A stretch of DNA of 64,000 bases from Deltaproteobacteria bacterium (GTDB lineage Bacteria; Myxococcota; Kuafuiibacteriia; Kuafuiibacteriales; Kuafuiibacteriaceae), in the NCBI GenBank assembly GCA_040218735.1, contig JAVJQW010000049.1, positions 77,821-141,820 on the forward strand. The letters are read 5' to 3'. The notes beneath the pieces are model-generated. The model did not search any database. It saw nothing but the letters and a program-made list of their open reading frames with translations, and was not told the origin of the DNA. Shown here piece by piece: positions 35,737 to 43,911 of the stretch. The translations under genes and the position numbers were made by a program. How positions within the stretch are numbered: the first letter of the stretch is position 1; the number at the start of each line of letters is the position of its first letter.

Positions 35737-36489
35737 TCAGTCGAAGCGGAGGCGCCGCACCGCGAGCATGAGCAGCCCTGCGTGCAGGACGAACGCGACG
35801 AGCGCCGCGATCCACCACCTCGGATCGTCCGCGCGCGCGAGCCAGAACGCCTTGCAGGTGAGGAACGGCGGGAACGCGGCGAGGAGCCACTGCCAAGGGC
35901 CGGGGATGAACCACCCCACGAGGATGGTGAGGCCGGCGACGCCGCCGAACTTCGTGAACGCGAGGCCCTGCACGCGATCGTTCGCGAAGGATCCGAGGAG
36001 CAGCATCGTCAGCGGCGCGACGAGCGCGGTGCTCGCCGCGAGCGGGACGAGCTTCACGAACGGCAGCGGCGCGTGGCCGGCGAGCGGGACGAGGACCAGC
36101 GCGAGGACGAACGCGATCGTCGCCGGCACGGCGACGCGGTACCACAGGAAGGTCGAGAACGGCGCGGGGCTGACGCGGAGGACGGTGAGGGTGTCGTCCT
36201 CCTTCTCTTCGATGAGCACGAACCCGAACGCGGTGCCCGGGAGCAAGCCAGCTTGCCACAGCGCGATGAACGCGACGAAGACCTCGTAGGTGTCCGAAAA
36301 CCTGAGCGCGTTCGTTGCGCTCGGGAGGACGCCGTTGGCGGCGAGGGATTCGTCGAGGACGGGGAGGAGGTACCGCGCGCCGACGCCCATCCCGAGCGAG
36401 ACGATCAGGAGGAGGAAGACCATGCGCTCGCGGAGCACGAGGCGGACGTCGTTCCTCGCGAACGCGCGAAAGTAGGTGGCGGCGCTCAT
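35737..36489 (-). CDS. ABC exporter permease (ABC-2-like, ~6 TM)
   Basis: ATG 36489 gives MSAATYFRAFARNDVRLVLRERMVFLLLIVSLGMG... Its start overlaps the upstream gene's stop (ATGA). The remainder of listed ORF 35737..37110 is antisense-type Arg-rich sequence. Confidence 0.7.
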   Translation of the reverse strand: MSAATYFRAFARNDVRLVLRERMVFLLLIVSLGMGVGARYLLPVLDESLAANGVLPSATNALRFSDTYEVFVAFIALWQAGLLPGTAFGFVLIEEKEDDTLTVLRVSPAPFSTFLWYRVAVPATIAFVLALVLVPLAGHAPLPFVKLVPLAASTALVAPLTMLLLGSFANDRVQGLAFTKFGGVAGLTILVGWFIPGPWQWLLAAFPPFLTCKAFWLARADDPRWWIAALVAFVLHAGLLMLAVRRLRFD

Positions 36490-37196
36490 CCGGCCCTCCC
36501 GGCGACGTGGGTGCGGAACGCGGCGAGGCTCCACCACGCGAGCACCGCGAGGGTCAGCGTGGTGCCGCCCAAGGCGTAGGCCCACTGCCACGGTTCGAGA
36601 TCGACGTAGGCGGCGCGGAGGAACATCGTCGGTGCGCCGGTGGGAATCGCGAGGATCGCGACGTGATCGATCGCGCCGACGAACCACAGCGCGGGGAGTT
36701 GCATCAACGTGGCGATGACACCCATCGGGATGAGCGCTTCGACGATGCGTTCGTAGCGCACGACGATCACGATGCCCGCGAGCACGTGGACGACGCCGAG
36801 CGTGAGGACCCCGACGGCGAGGAAGGCGTTGGGGGTGGGCGCGTCGTCGACGAGGAGGTGCGTGCCGAGCGCGATCAGCGCGGCCTCGAGGGTGGCGAGC
36901 GCGGTGAGGGTGATGGCCTTCGACGCGAGGTACTCCGCGTCGCGTAAAGGGGAGACGAGGACGGCGGTGAGGGTGCCGTCGGCGCGCTCGAGGATGACCA
37001 TCGCGACCACGTACAGGAGCGTCGAGCCGCCGACGAACATCAGCAGCGCCATCGGGACGCTGCGCTGGAGGGTGTCGGGGGAGGAGAGCCACGCGACGGC
37101 GCCGCTGCAAAGGGCGGCGACGCCGATCGAAATCGCGTAGAGCTGGTTTCTCGCCTGCAGGCGGACGTCGGTGCGGACGGCGGTCAGGAGCCTCAC
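36486..37196 (-). CDS. ABC exporter permease (second membrane subunit)
   Basis: GTG 37196 overlaps the ATPase stop (GTGA). MRLLTAVRTDVRLQARNQLYAISIGVAALCSG... with multiple TM helices. Confidence 0.65.
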   Translation of the reverse strand: MRLLTAVRTDVRLQARNQLYAISIGVAALCSGAVAWLSSPDTLQRSVPMALLMFVGGSTLLYVVAMVILERADGTLTAVLVSPLRDAEYLASKAITLTALATLEAALIALGTHLLVDDAPTPNAFLAVGVLTLGVVHVLAGIVIVVRYERIVEALIPMGVIATLMQLPALWFVGAIDHVAILAIPTGAPTMFLRAAYVDLEPWQWAYALGGTTLTLAVLAWWSLAAFRTHVAGRAG

Positions 37197-38050
37197 GGCG
37201 CGAGCCTCTCGCCGGTCACCTCGATGAAGACCTCGTCGAGCGACGTCTCTTGCGAGTGGATGGCGCGGATGGGGCGGGCGAGGAGGGCGCGGAAGGCGTC
37301 GTCTTCGCCGAGCCCGTCGAGCGGGAAGTCGGCGGTGGTTTCTTCTTTGTCGTCGCCTTCGTAGGTGACGCGCACGATGCGCTGGCCGTGTTGGCGCTTC
37401 AGGGCTTCGGGGGCGTCGATGACGGCGATTCGTCCGGCGGTGATGAACGCGACGCGGTCGCAGATCTGTTCGGCGACGGCCATGTCGTGGGTGGTGAGGA
37501 AGACGGTCGTGCCTTCGTCGCGGAGCCGGCGGACGAGCGCTTTGACGTGTTTGGCGTTGATCGGATCGAGGCCGCCGGTGGGTTCGTCGAGGAAGAGCAG
37601 CTTGGGTTTGTGCAGGAGGCTCCGCGCGAGGTTGAGGCGGATCTTCATGCCCTTGCTGAACTCGGCGACGCGTTGGTCGGCGGCGTCTTCGAGGCCGACC
37701 CAACCGAGGACTTCGCGCGGGGGGACGATCGGGCCGCGGTAGAGGCCGCCGAAGTGCTCGAGGTTCTCGAGCGCGGTGAGGCGTTGGTGGTGGTTGGGCA
37801 GCTCGAACTGCACGCCGATGTTCTCGTAGTAGTCGGCGCCCCACGTGGCGGTCTCGCGGCCGAGCACCTGCACGCGGCCGCGGTAGCCGGTGAGGAGGCC
37901 GATGAGGATCTTCTGCGTGGTCGACTTGCCGGCGCCGGAGGGGCCGAGGAAGCCGAAGATCTCCTGGTCGGCGACGTTGAAGGAGACGCCGCGGACCGCG
38001 GGGGCGGAGGCGCCGCGGTAGGTGAACTCGAGGTCTTCGACTTCGATCAT
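37193..38050 (-). CDS. ABC transporter ATP-binding protein
   Basis: Walker A GPSGAGKST, signature FSKGMKIRLNLARSL, Walker B LLFLDEPTGGLD, H-loop TTHDM. Confidence 0.9.
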   Translation of the reverse strand: MIEVEDLEFTYRGASAPAVRGVSFNVADQEIFGFLGPSGAGKSTTQKILIGLLTGYRGRVQVLGRETATWGADYYENIGVQFELPNHHQRLTALENLEHFGGLYRGPIVPPREVLGWVGLEDAADQRVAEFSKGMKIRLNLARSLLHKPKLLFLDEPTGGLDPINAKHVKALVRRLRDEGTTVFLTTHDMAVAEQICDRVAFITAGRIAVIDAPEALKRQHGQRIVRVTYEGDDKEETTADFPLDGLGEDDAFRALLARPIRAIHSQETSLDEVFIEVTGERLAP

Positions 38051-38514
38051 CGGCGGGACTTCTTTCGGCTCTTGCGCCAGCTCGCGAGGAGGCGCGGCAT
38101 CTCGTCGTGGAAGAACGCGTGGAGCGCGCGCAGCTCACGGAGCGGGCGTTGGCGTTCGGCGGGCTCGCCTTTCAGGAGCGCGAGGCCGCGGTCGGCGATG
38201 GGGAGGAAGGCGCCGAGCGTCGAGGTCATGGCTTCGAAGCGGCGTTCGAAGCCGGTCGAGTCGACTTGGTAGTACGTCGCGCGCTCACCCGGGAGCGGGA
38301 CGCGCTCGATCAGCGCGCCGGTTTGGAGGAGACGGAGGCTGGTGCTGATGCTGCCCTTGCTCGCGCCCAGCGCTTCGGCGAGCTCGGCGGCGGAGCGGTA
38401 CGGCGGGTCGCAGACCAGGAGGAAGCCAAGGATGCGGCCGGCGATGCGCGGGAGGCCCCCGGCTTCGAAGAACAGCGCGACGTCCTCGACGTAGGCGGCG
38501 AGCTCGTCGTCCAC
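38047..38514 (-). CDS. Winged-helix transcriptional regulator (GbsR/MarR-like) at the head of the ABC operon
   Basis: 155 aa with an HTH region AAELAEALGASKGSISTSLRLLQTGALIERV. Its 3' end overlaps the ATPase start by 4 bp. Confidence 0.6.
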   Translation of the reverse strand: MDDELAAYVEDVALFFEAGGLPRIAGRILGFLLVCDPPYRSAAELAEALGASKGSISTSLRLLQTGALIERVPLPGERATYYQVDSTGFERRFEAMTSTLGAFLPIADRGLALLKGEPAERQRPLRELRALHAFFHDEMPRLLASWRKSRKKSRR

Positions 38515-38606
38515 GGGTCTGAGGTTCGTCGAAGATAGTTAGTTCAGTCAAGACTGAACAAATCGAGCAGTCGATTCGACGGGGGCGCGGACGTAGACTC
38601 CCGCGG

Positions 38607-39518
38607 ATGACGGCGATCGAGCGCTTTCACCCGATTGGCACACCCGGCGTGCCCTGGACGCAGGTGGAGAAGGACCGCTGGCGATCCGAGCGAAGTGTGC
38701 AGCGGAGCTACCGCGACGAGGTGCTCGTGAAGATCGATGCGTTGAAGGGGCCGTTCGAGGTGCAGCGATACGGTGCGTTGAGCGTCGACGCCGATCGGTA
38801 TCCGCAGCTCGCGGTGCGGATGGCGCACGCGTCGGGGCGGCCTTGGGCGCTCGTGACCGGGGGCGTGCACGGGTACGAGACCAGCGGGGTGCAGGGGGCG
38901 CTCGCGTTCCTCGCGGAGGCGGCGGAGGCGTACGTCGACCGGGTGAACCTCGTCGTCGCGCCGTGTGTGAGCCCGTGGGGTTATGAGGTCATCCACCGCT
39001 GGAACCCGTTCGCCGTGGATCCGAACCGCTCGTTCGTCGAGGACAGCCCGGCCGAGGAGTGTCGCGCGATCATGGCGTACCTCGCGGGGATCGACTTCGC
39101 GATGCACATCGATCTGCACGAGACGACGGACACCGACGAGACCGAGTTCCGTCCCGCGCTCGCTGCGCGCGACGGCAAGGCGTTCGAGCCGGGCACGATC
39201 CCCGACGGCTTCTACCTGGTCGACGATGCCGCGGCGCCCGAGCCCGCGTTCCAGACCGCGATCATCGAGGCGGTGGAGAAGGTCACGCACATCGCGCCGG
39301 CGGACGAGGCCGGGCAGATCATCGGGAGCGACGTGAAGCAGCGCGGCGTGATCGAGTACGCGTTTGGCGACCTCGGCCTGTGCGCCGGCATGACGGACGC
39401 GCGGTACACGACGACGACCGAGGTCTACCCGGACAGCCCGAGCGCGACGCCCGAGATCTGCAACGCCGCGCAGGTCGCCGCGGTGCGCGCGGCGTTGGAC
39501 TTCGTGCTGTCCGTCTGA
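38607..39518 (+). CDS. Succinylglutamate desuccinylase/aspartoacylase (AstE/AspA) family zinc hydrolase
   Basis: VTGGVHGYETSG and HIDLHET are the zinc-ligand motifs of the AstE_AspA family. Confidence 0.8.
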   Translation: MTAIERFHPIGTPGVPWTQVEKDRWRSERSVQRSYRDEVLVKIDALKGPFEVQRYGALSVDADRYPQLAVRMAHASGRPWALVTGGVHGYETSGVQGALAFLAEAAEAYVDRVNLVVAPCVSPWGYEVIHRWNPFAVDPNRSFVEDSPAEECRAIMAYLAGIDFAMHIDLHETTDTDETEFRPALAARDGKAFEPGTIPDGFYLVDDAAAPEPAFQTAIIEAVEKVTHIAPADEAGQIIGSDVKQRGVIEYAFGDLGLCAGMTDARYTTTTEVYPDSPSATPEICNAAQVAAVRAALDFVLSV

Positions 39519-39601
39519 CTGTTCGCGTACTGTACAGAGCGTCCCGCGGCGGCGATGGACGCGCGCGTGTGGTTGGCACACCGGCTGCTCTCGGTCGGGG
39601 G

Positions 39602-42600
39602 ATGAATCGCATCCAAAGACTGCTCCCCGCGATGGCCCTGGTCGCCTGCGCCGATGTCGGCGAGGTGCCGCAGAAGGAGGCCGAGACGGAGGCGCCCGTC
39701 CAGATTGTCAGCAACGCCTGCAAGTGGTCCGGCCTCGTCTCGAAGGACACGCCCGATAGCTGTGCGCTTCAAGGTGGCAGCCCGGTCTCGACCGAGATGC
39801 GCTTCGTGCCGCGGATGGGATTCGTGGACGGGATGTCGTGCGGCGTGTGGCCGGCGTCGCTCGACTACGCGACGATCGGACAGACCATCAACGGCAACCT
39901 CCCGCACAACGCCGTCACGACCGACGCGATCTGGTTTCAGCAGAGCGCGTTCGCGGCGGGGGCGCTGGAGTGGGTCGTGTTCGGGAGCAAACGAGAGCTC
40001 CAGGTCCGTCGGATCCCGTGGACGCGGACGACCGAGCTCGCCGTCGCGGTCGACGTCGAAGCCGGCTACGGGATGGTGCTCGACTTTGCGCTGACCTGCG
40101 ACGAGGCCGACCTCCACGCCGGGCTCTGTCGGATCGTGTCCGGCACGATCGATGGCAAGGAGGTCGACATCCTCGTGCGGAGCGAACCGGCTTCGGTGGC
40201 GCGGCGCGACGTCATGCTGGTGGCGGAGACGATCCGGTTCCCCGAGTCGATCGATCTCGACGTCGGCCTCCTCGCGATCGCCGACGAGGTCTCGGGTGGC
40301 CCCCGCGTGGAGCGCGAGAAGCTCATCGCGGACCCGGTCGACGTGCAGGTGTTCTCGGGACGCAAGCCCATCGGCAACACGTGGGCGGAAGCGGTGCACG
40401 CGATGGGCGACGTTCCCGAGCGCCCGGTGCTCGCGGTCTTCGCGCACGAGGTCTCGGGGATTGGGAAGCTGCGCTCGAAGGCGCACGCGCGCGTCGCGAC
40501 GCTGAGCCTCACCCACGCGTCGACCGACATGTTCGCCGATGCGTGGCAGGCCTCGGACGTCAACCGCATCGTCGAGGCGACGTTCCCCAAGGTGCTGCCC
40601 GGAGAGATCGACGAGTCGATGCAGCTCGTGCAGCAGGGGGGTGAGTACAAGATCCTTCAGAACGTACACATCGAGTTTCGGCCGACGCTGCAAGTTCGCT
40701 TGCAGAGCGACGGTGGACTGACGCAGCTCGGCGTCGCGGCCGGGAAGGCCGAGGCGGCGCTGCAGGCGCACGGTGAGAGCAAGCTCGCGGTGGTCTGGGA
40801 TCCCACCGAGGTGCAGGCTTACGCGGCGGCGCTCGCCCAGTACGTCACGCAGTTCGACCCGGCGTGTGTTGCCGTCGCTCCGGGCGACGACATCTGTTGG
40901 AACGAAGACGACTGCATCTGGTACCCGGATGGCTCCTGGGACTGCGACGTTGTCCAGGTGTGCCAGCCCGGCCCGCCGGAAGAGGCGTGCCCCATCGTGG
41001 GGGGGCTTACCGCGGCCTTCCCGGGGGGCGCGACGGTGCAGGTGCAGGGCGACGTTCCGCAGTTTGCGCTCGAGCTCCGTGATGCGCTCCTCGCGACGTT
41101 CGCGCACCTGTACCCGCCGGCGCAGGGGCCGACGAAGTTCCCCGGCGGCGACGTTCGGTCCGAGGAGGGCTTCTCGCGTACGCACTTCGCGGCGCAGGCG
41201 CTGAGTCACGGCACGCTGTTCGACGTCCTCTACGAGGCGCACGACAACCGCAGTCGTCGTCACGGGCTGTTCGCACGGGAGTGGGAGCGCCTCGGGCTCG
41301 CGACGGATCCTCAGGTGATGCACCCGGCGTTCGATCTCGCCGACTACGGTATCGACGAAGCGCGGTGGCTCGAGGTGCAGCAGCGCCGCGCGTACATCGA
41401 AGCGTTCGACGCGAGCGACGTCTCCGTCTACCTCGACGGGTTGGGGCTTCCGTACGGTCAACGCGCGGTGGGGTGGCACCCGACGCACTTGGTCAGCAGC
41501 GGCAATGCGTACGGTTCGATGATCGAGATCAGTCAGCGCTGGGCCGACCTCCCGCAGCTCGCGCAAGAGCTCGACGCGGTGGCGGACGATCAGAACTTCG
41601 TCGCGCAGCTCGCCGGACTCATCTCACTCACGACGGCGCAAGCTACGTTGACGCGCGACTCGGCTCAGGCGCTCGGCGATTCGGCGAGCTCGAACGTGGC
41701 GTCGCAGACGGCGGCGATCGCGAAGTTGGAGACGGCGACGCAGACCGTGATCGCGTTGGCGGAGGACTTCGAGCAGGACGTCGACAACATCTGGAACTGC
41801 TCGGGGAGCCTCGCCGGGTGCGCGGCTTCGATGGAGACGATGGTCGAGCAGATCGAAGCGAGCTGTTCCCAGAGCACGCAGCTCGACAACTTCTTGGCGT
41901 TGGTCGGGTTCCTCGCGTCGGTGGTCGACGTGGTCGCGCCGGTCGTCGGCGGGCTCGATTCTCTCGTGAACAACCAAAAGCTCATCGATCTCTTCGCGCT
42001 CACCCACAACACCACGGTCGACTCGCTGATCATCCAGGACGGCCTGAAGTGGATCGGCGCGAAGAAGAAGACGGTCGGCACCGTTCAGAAGACGATGTCC
42101 AGCATCAAGAAGATCGCGGAAGACCTCGCGCCGATGCTCGGGACGGCGGTCGCTCAGTGCGAGGGGACGCCGCAGGAGGTGCAGCTGCTGCAGATGCAGT
42201 CGAACTTGGTCCTGATCGAGACGTCCGCGGGGATGCTCGCGGTGCACTCCGCGACGCTCGAGGGCGTGCTCGACGCGCTCAGTGGTCACGTGCAGCACCT
42301 GATGACTTCGGCGCAGGCGCACGGCGTGTGGGCGGAGGAGAGCGACGCGTTGATCGACGAGCTCGACTTGCTCCAGGACGGGACGCTCGAACAGCTCTCG
42401 CGGCAGCGTCGTTTCATCCGGGCGGCGTGTCAGACCACGCAGCGTGCGGCGACGCAGGCGCTCGCGGACTACAAGGCGGTGAGTGACACGCTGGTCACGT
42501 CGGCGGGTCGTTCGCGGACGTCGCACGGGCTGACGATTCCGCGGTCGCCGGGGCTGTCGACGGAGCTGTCGTCGGACCGCCACGATGGTTACGCGATCAG

Positions 42601-43477
42601 CGTCTGGGACACGGGGCTGTTCTCGGCGTTCGACGAGACGGGTGGGGTGAGCGGCACGCCGTTCCTCACGGCGGCGCGCGATCGTTTCCGCGAGCTGGTG
42701 AGTGACGAGCTCTGCCGGATCGATGGCGGCCCGCTCGACGCGCACCGGTGGTTGGTCCGCAGGACCGTCCGCGGCGCGGAGCTGCAGGCGATGCTCGCGA
42801 ACGGTCACTTGCTCGTCGACGTCTCGCTGGACGATCTGCTCGCGGGCAGCGTGGCGTCGGGTGTGAGCTTCGACGCGACGGAGACGACGACCGCCATGGG
42901 CCAGTCGCTCCCGCTCTCGGGCGCCATCGTGCTCGGCGTCGGTTACTCGGCGTGCACCGGCCCGGCGGGCGAAGAGTGCTGCAGCAGTCCGTCGTGCCGC
43001 ACCGCGTTCACGCTCGACCAACCCCACCTGGTCCCGCGGTTCTTGGAGGTGCCCACGCTCGCGTGCCCGCTCGACAGCGCCCCGGTCACGGGCACCGAGC
43101 CCACCACGGGCCTCTCGGTCGACACGTGCCTCGCCCCGGTCGCGTCGCACCCCGCGCACCGCGAGCTCACCTACGTCGCGAACCCGGAGGCCCCGGACTC
43201 GGTGCTCGTGCAGAGCCACTTCGACGCGAACATCTGCAACGTCGAACCCACGGCTCTCCCGATGCAACAGCTCCGCGGCCTCCCGGCCCTCGGCGTCTAC
43301 GAGCTCGCCCCCGACGGCGTCCTCGCCGACGCGATGACCCGGGAGCTCCACGACAGCCCCCCGGTGACCCTCCCCGAGACGTGGCTGACCGCCAACGGCA
43401 ACCTCACCGGCATCGAGTTCTTCTTCTACGTAGGCGCGGAGTCCACGAACGCGGCGGTGTACACGCCGACGCCATAA
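39602..43477 (+). CDS. Giant lipoprotein (1291 aa), function unknown; long alpha-helical Q/A/L/T-rich central region and Cys-rich C-terminal part
   Basis: ATG 39602 gives MNRIQRLLPAMALVACADVGE (lipobox). The upstream 180 codons of the listed 1472-aa ORF overlap the AstE-like gene out of frame and I reject them. No recognisable catalytic motif. Confidence 0.7.
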   Translation: MNRIQRLLPAMALVACADVGEVPQKEAETEAPVQIVSNACKWSGLVSKDTPDSCALQGGSPVSTEMRFVPRMGFVDGMSCGVWPASLDYATIGQTINGNLPHNAVTTDAIWFQQSAFAAGALEWVVFGSKRELQVRRIPWTRTTELAVAVDVEAGYGMVLDFALTCDEADLHAGLCRIVSGTIDGKEVDILVRSEPASVARRDVMLVAETIRFPESIDLDVGLLAIADEVSGGPRVEREKLIADPVDVQVFSGRKPIGNTWAEAVHAMGDVPERPVLAVFAHEVSGIGKLRSKAHARVATLSLTHASTDMFADAWQASDVNRIVEATFPKVLPGEIDESMQLVQQGGEYKILQNVHIEFRPTLQVRLQSDGGLTQLGVAAGKAEAALQAHGESKLAVVWDPTEVQAYAAALAQYVTQFDPACVAVAPGDDICWNEDDCIWYPDGSWDCDVVQVCQPGPPEEACPIVGGLTAAFPGGATVQVQGDVPQFALELRDALLATFAHLYPPAQGPTKFPGGDVRSEEGFSRTHFAAQALSHGTLFDVLYEAHDNRSRRHGLFAREWERLGLATDPQVMHPAFDLADYGIDEARWLEVQQRRAYIEAFDASDVSVYLDGLGLPYGQRAVGWHPTHLVSSGNAYGSMIEISQRWADLPQLAQELDAVADDQNFVAQLAGLISLTTAQATLTRDSAQALGDSASSNVASQTAAIAKLETATQTVIALAEDFEQDVDNIWNCSGSLAGCAASMETMVEQIEASCSQSTQLDNFLALVGFLASVVDVVAPVVGGLDSLVNNQKLIDLFALTHNTTVDSLIIQDGLKWIGAKKKTVGTVQKTMSSIKKIAEDLAPMLGTAVAQCEGTPQEVQLLQMQSNLVLIETSAGMLAVHSATLEGVLDALSGHVQHLMTSAQAHGVWAEESDALIDELDLLQDGTLEQLSRQRRFIRAACQTTQRAATQALADYKAVSDTLVTSAGRSRTSHGLTIPRSPGLSTELSSDRHDGYAISVWDTGLFSAFDETGGVSGTPFLTAARDRFRELVSDELCRIDGGPLDAHRWLVRRTVRGAELQAMLANGHLLVDVSLDDLLAGSVASGVSFDATETTTAMGQSLPLSGAIVLGVGYSACTGPAGEECCSSPSCRTAFTLDQPHLVPRFLEVPTLACPLDSAPVTGTEPTTGLSVDTCLAPVASHPAHRELTYVANPEAPDSVLVQSHFDANICNVEPTALPMQQLRGLPALGVYELAPDGVLADAMTRELHDSPPVTLPETWLTANGNLTGIEFFFYVGAESTNAAVYTPTP

Positions 43478-43626
43478 CCCTGGAGCAACCAGGGCGACGG
43501 TCGCCCGCCCCGCGGGCGCCCGGCGCACGCACGGCGCTGGCCACTCCACGAAAGCCCCGCACCACCGCCCGCAGGCCGAGAGCGACCGCCAGCAGCTCTG
43601 CGTTCACGGATTTGAGCTGATGAGGT

Positions 43627-43657
43627 GGGTTTCACCGGCCGAATGGCCGGTGAACCC
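43627..43657. other. Stem-loop GGGTTTCACCGGCC-GAAT-GGCCGGTGAACCC (13-bp stem, one bulge)
   Basis: Read directly from the sequence. Lies in the intergenic region between the lipoprotein gene's stop (43477) and the tRNA-Glu. Confidence 0.5.
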
Positions 43658-43690
43658 AGCGCTAAGCCCAATAGCGCCCTGGTGACGTTT

Positions 43691-43711
43691 CAGCCCGCCA
43701 GAGGCGGGCTG
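43691..43711. terminator. Perfect 9-bp stem / 3-nt loop hairpin CAGCCCGCC-AGA-GGCGGGCTG immediately 3' of tRNA-Glu (minus strand)
   Basis: Lies 5 nt beyond the tRNA 3' end. No T-tract. Confidence 0.45.
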
Positions 43712-43715
43712 AGAA

Positions 43716-43789
43716 CGTCCCCAAGGGGATTTGAACCCCTGTTGCCGGCGTGAAAAGCCGGAGTCCTGGGCCAACTAGACGATGGGGAC
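43716..43789 (-). tRNA. tRNA-Glu (anticodon UUC)
   Basis: The reverse complement is GTCCCCATCGTCTAGTTGGCCCAGGACTCCGGCTTTTCACGCCGGCAACAGGGGTTCAAATCCCCTTGGGGACG. Acceptor stem GTCCCCA/TGGGGAC, anticodon stem CCGGC/GCCGG with loop TTTTCAC (anticodon TTC), T-arm AGGGG-TTCAAAT-CCCCT. CCA is not encoded. Confidence 0.85.
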
Positions 43790-43911
43790 GTTGCGCTGGA
43801 GCCTATGCGAAGCGCCGCCGGAGTCAAGTTCTCAGTGCGTCGCCACGCATCCTTCACCGTCGTACCGGGATCGCACTGATCCGCGCTCTGTCAGGAAGAA
43901 ATGACCCAATC

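Noticed and set aside
35083-36579. 498-aa + strand ORF and the 270-aa minus-strand ORF at 35447..36259
   Set aside because: They overlap the lipoprotein and ABC permease genes in other frames. Arg/Glu-rich.
39059-39601. 5' 180 codons of the 1472-aa ORF
   Set aside because: This stretch overlaps the AstE/AspA-like gene out of frame. The lipoprotein signal peptide begins at ATG 39602.
41624-43549. 641-aa minus-strand ORF
   Set aside because: Antisense to the giant lipoprotein gene. Arg-rich.
43600-43800. Integrase or prophage next to tRNA-Glu
   Set aside because: The flanking genes are a lipoprotein gene and a desaturase gene. There is no integrase, excisionase, or direct repeat of the tRNA 3' end in the window.
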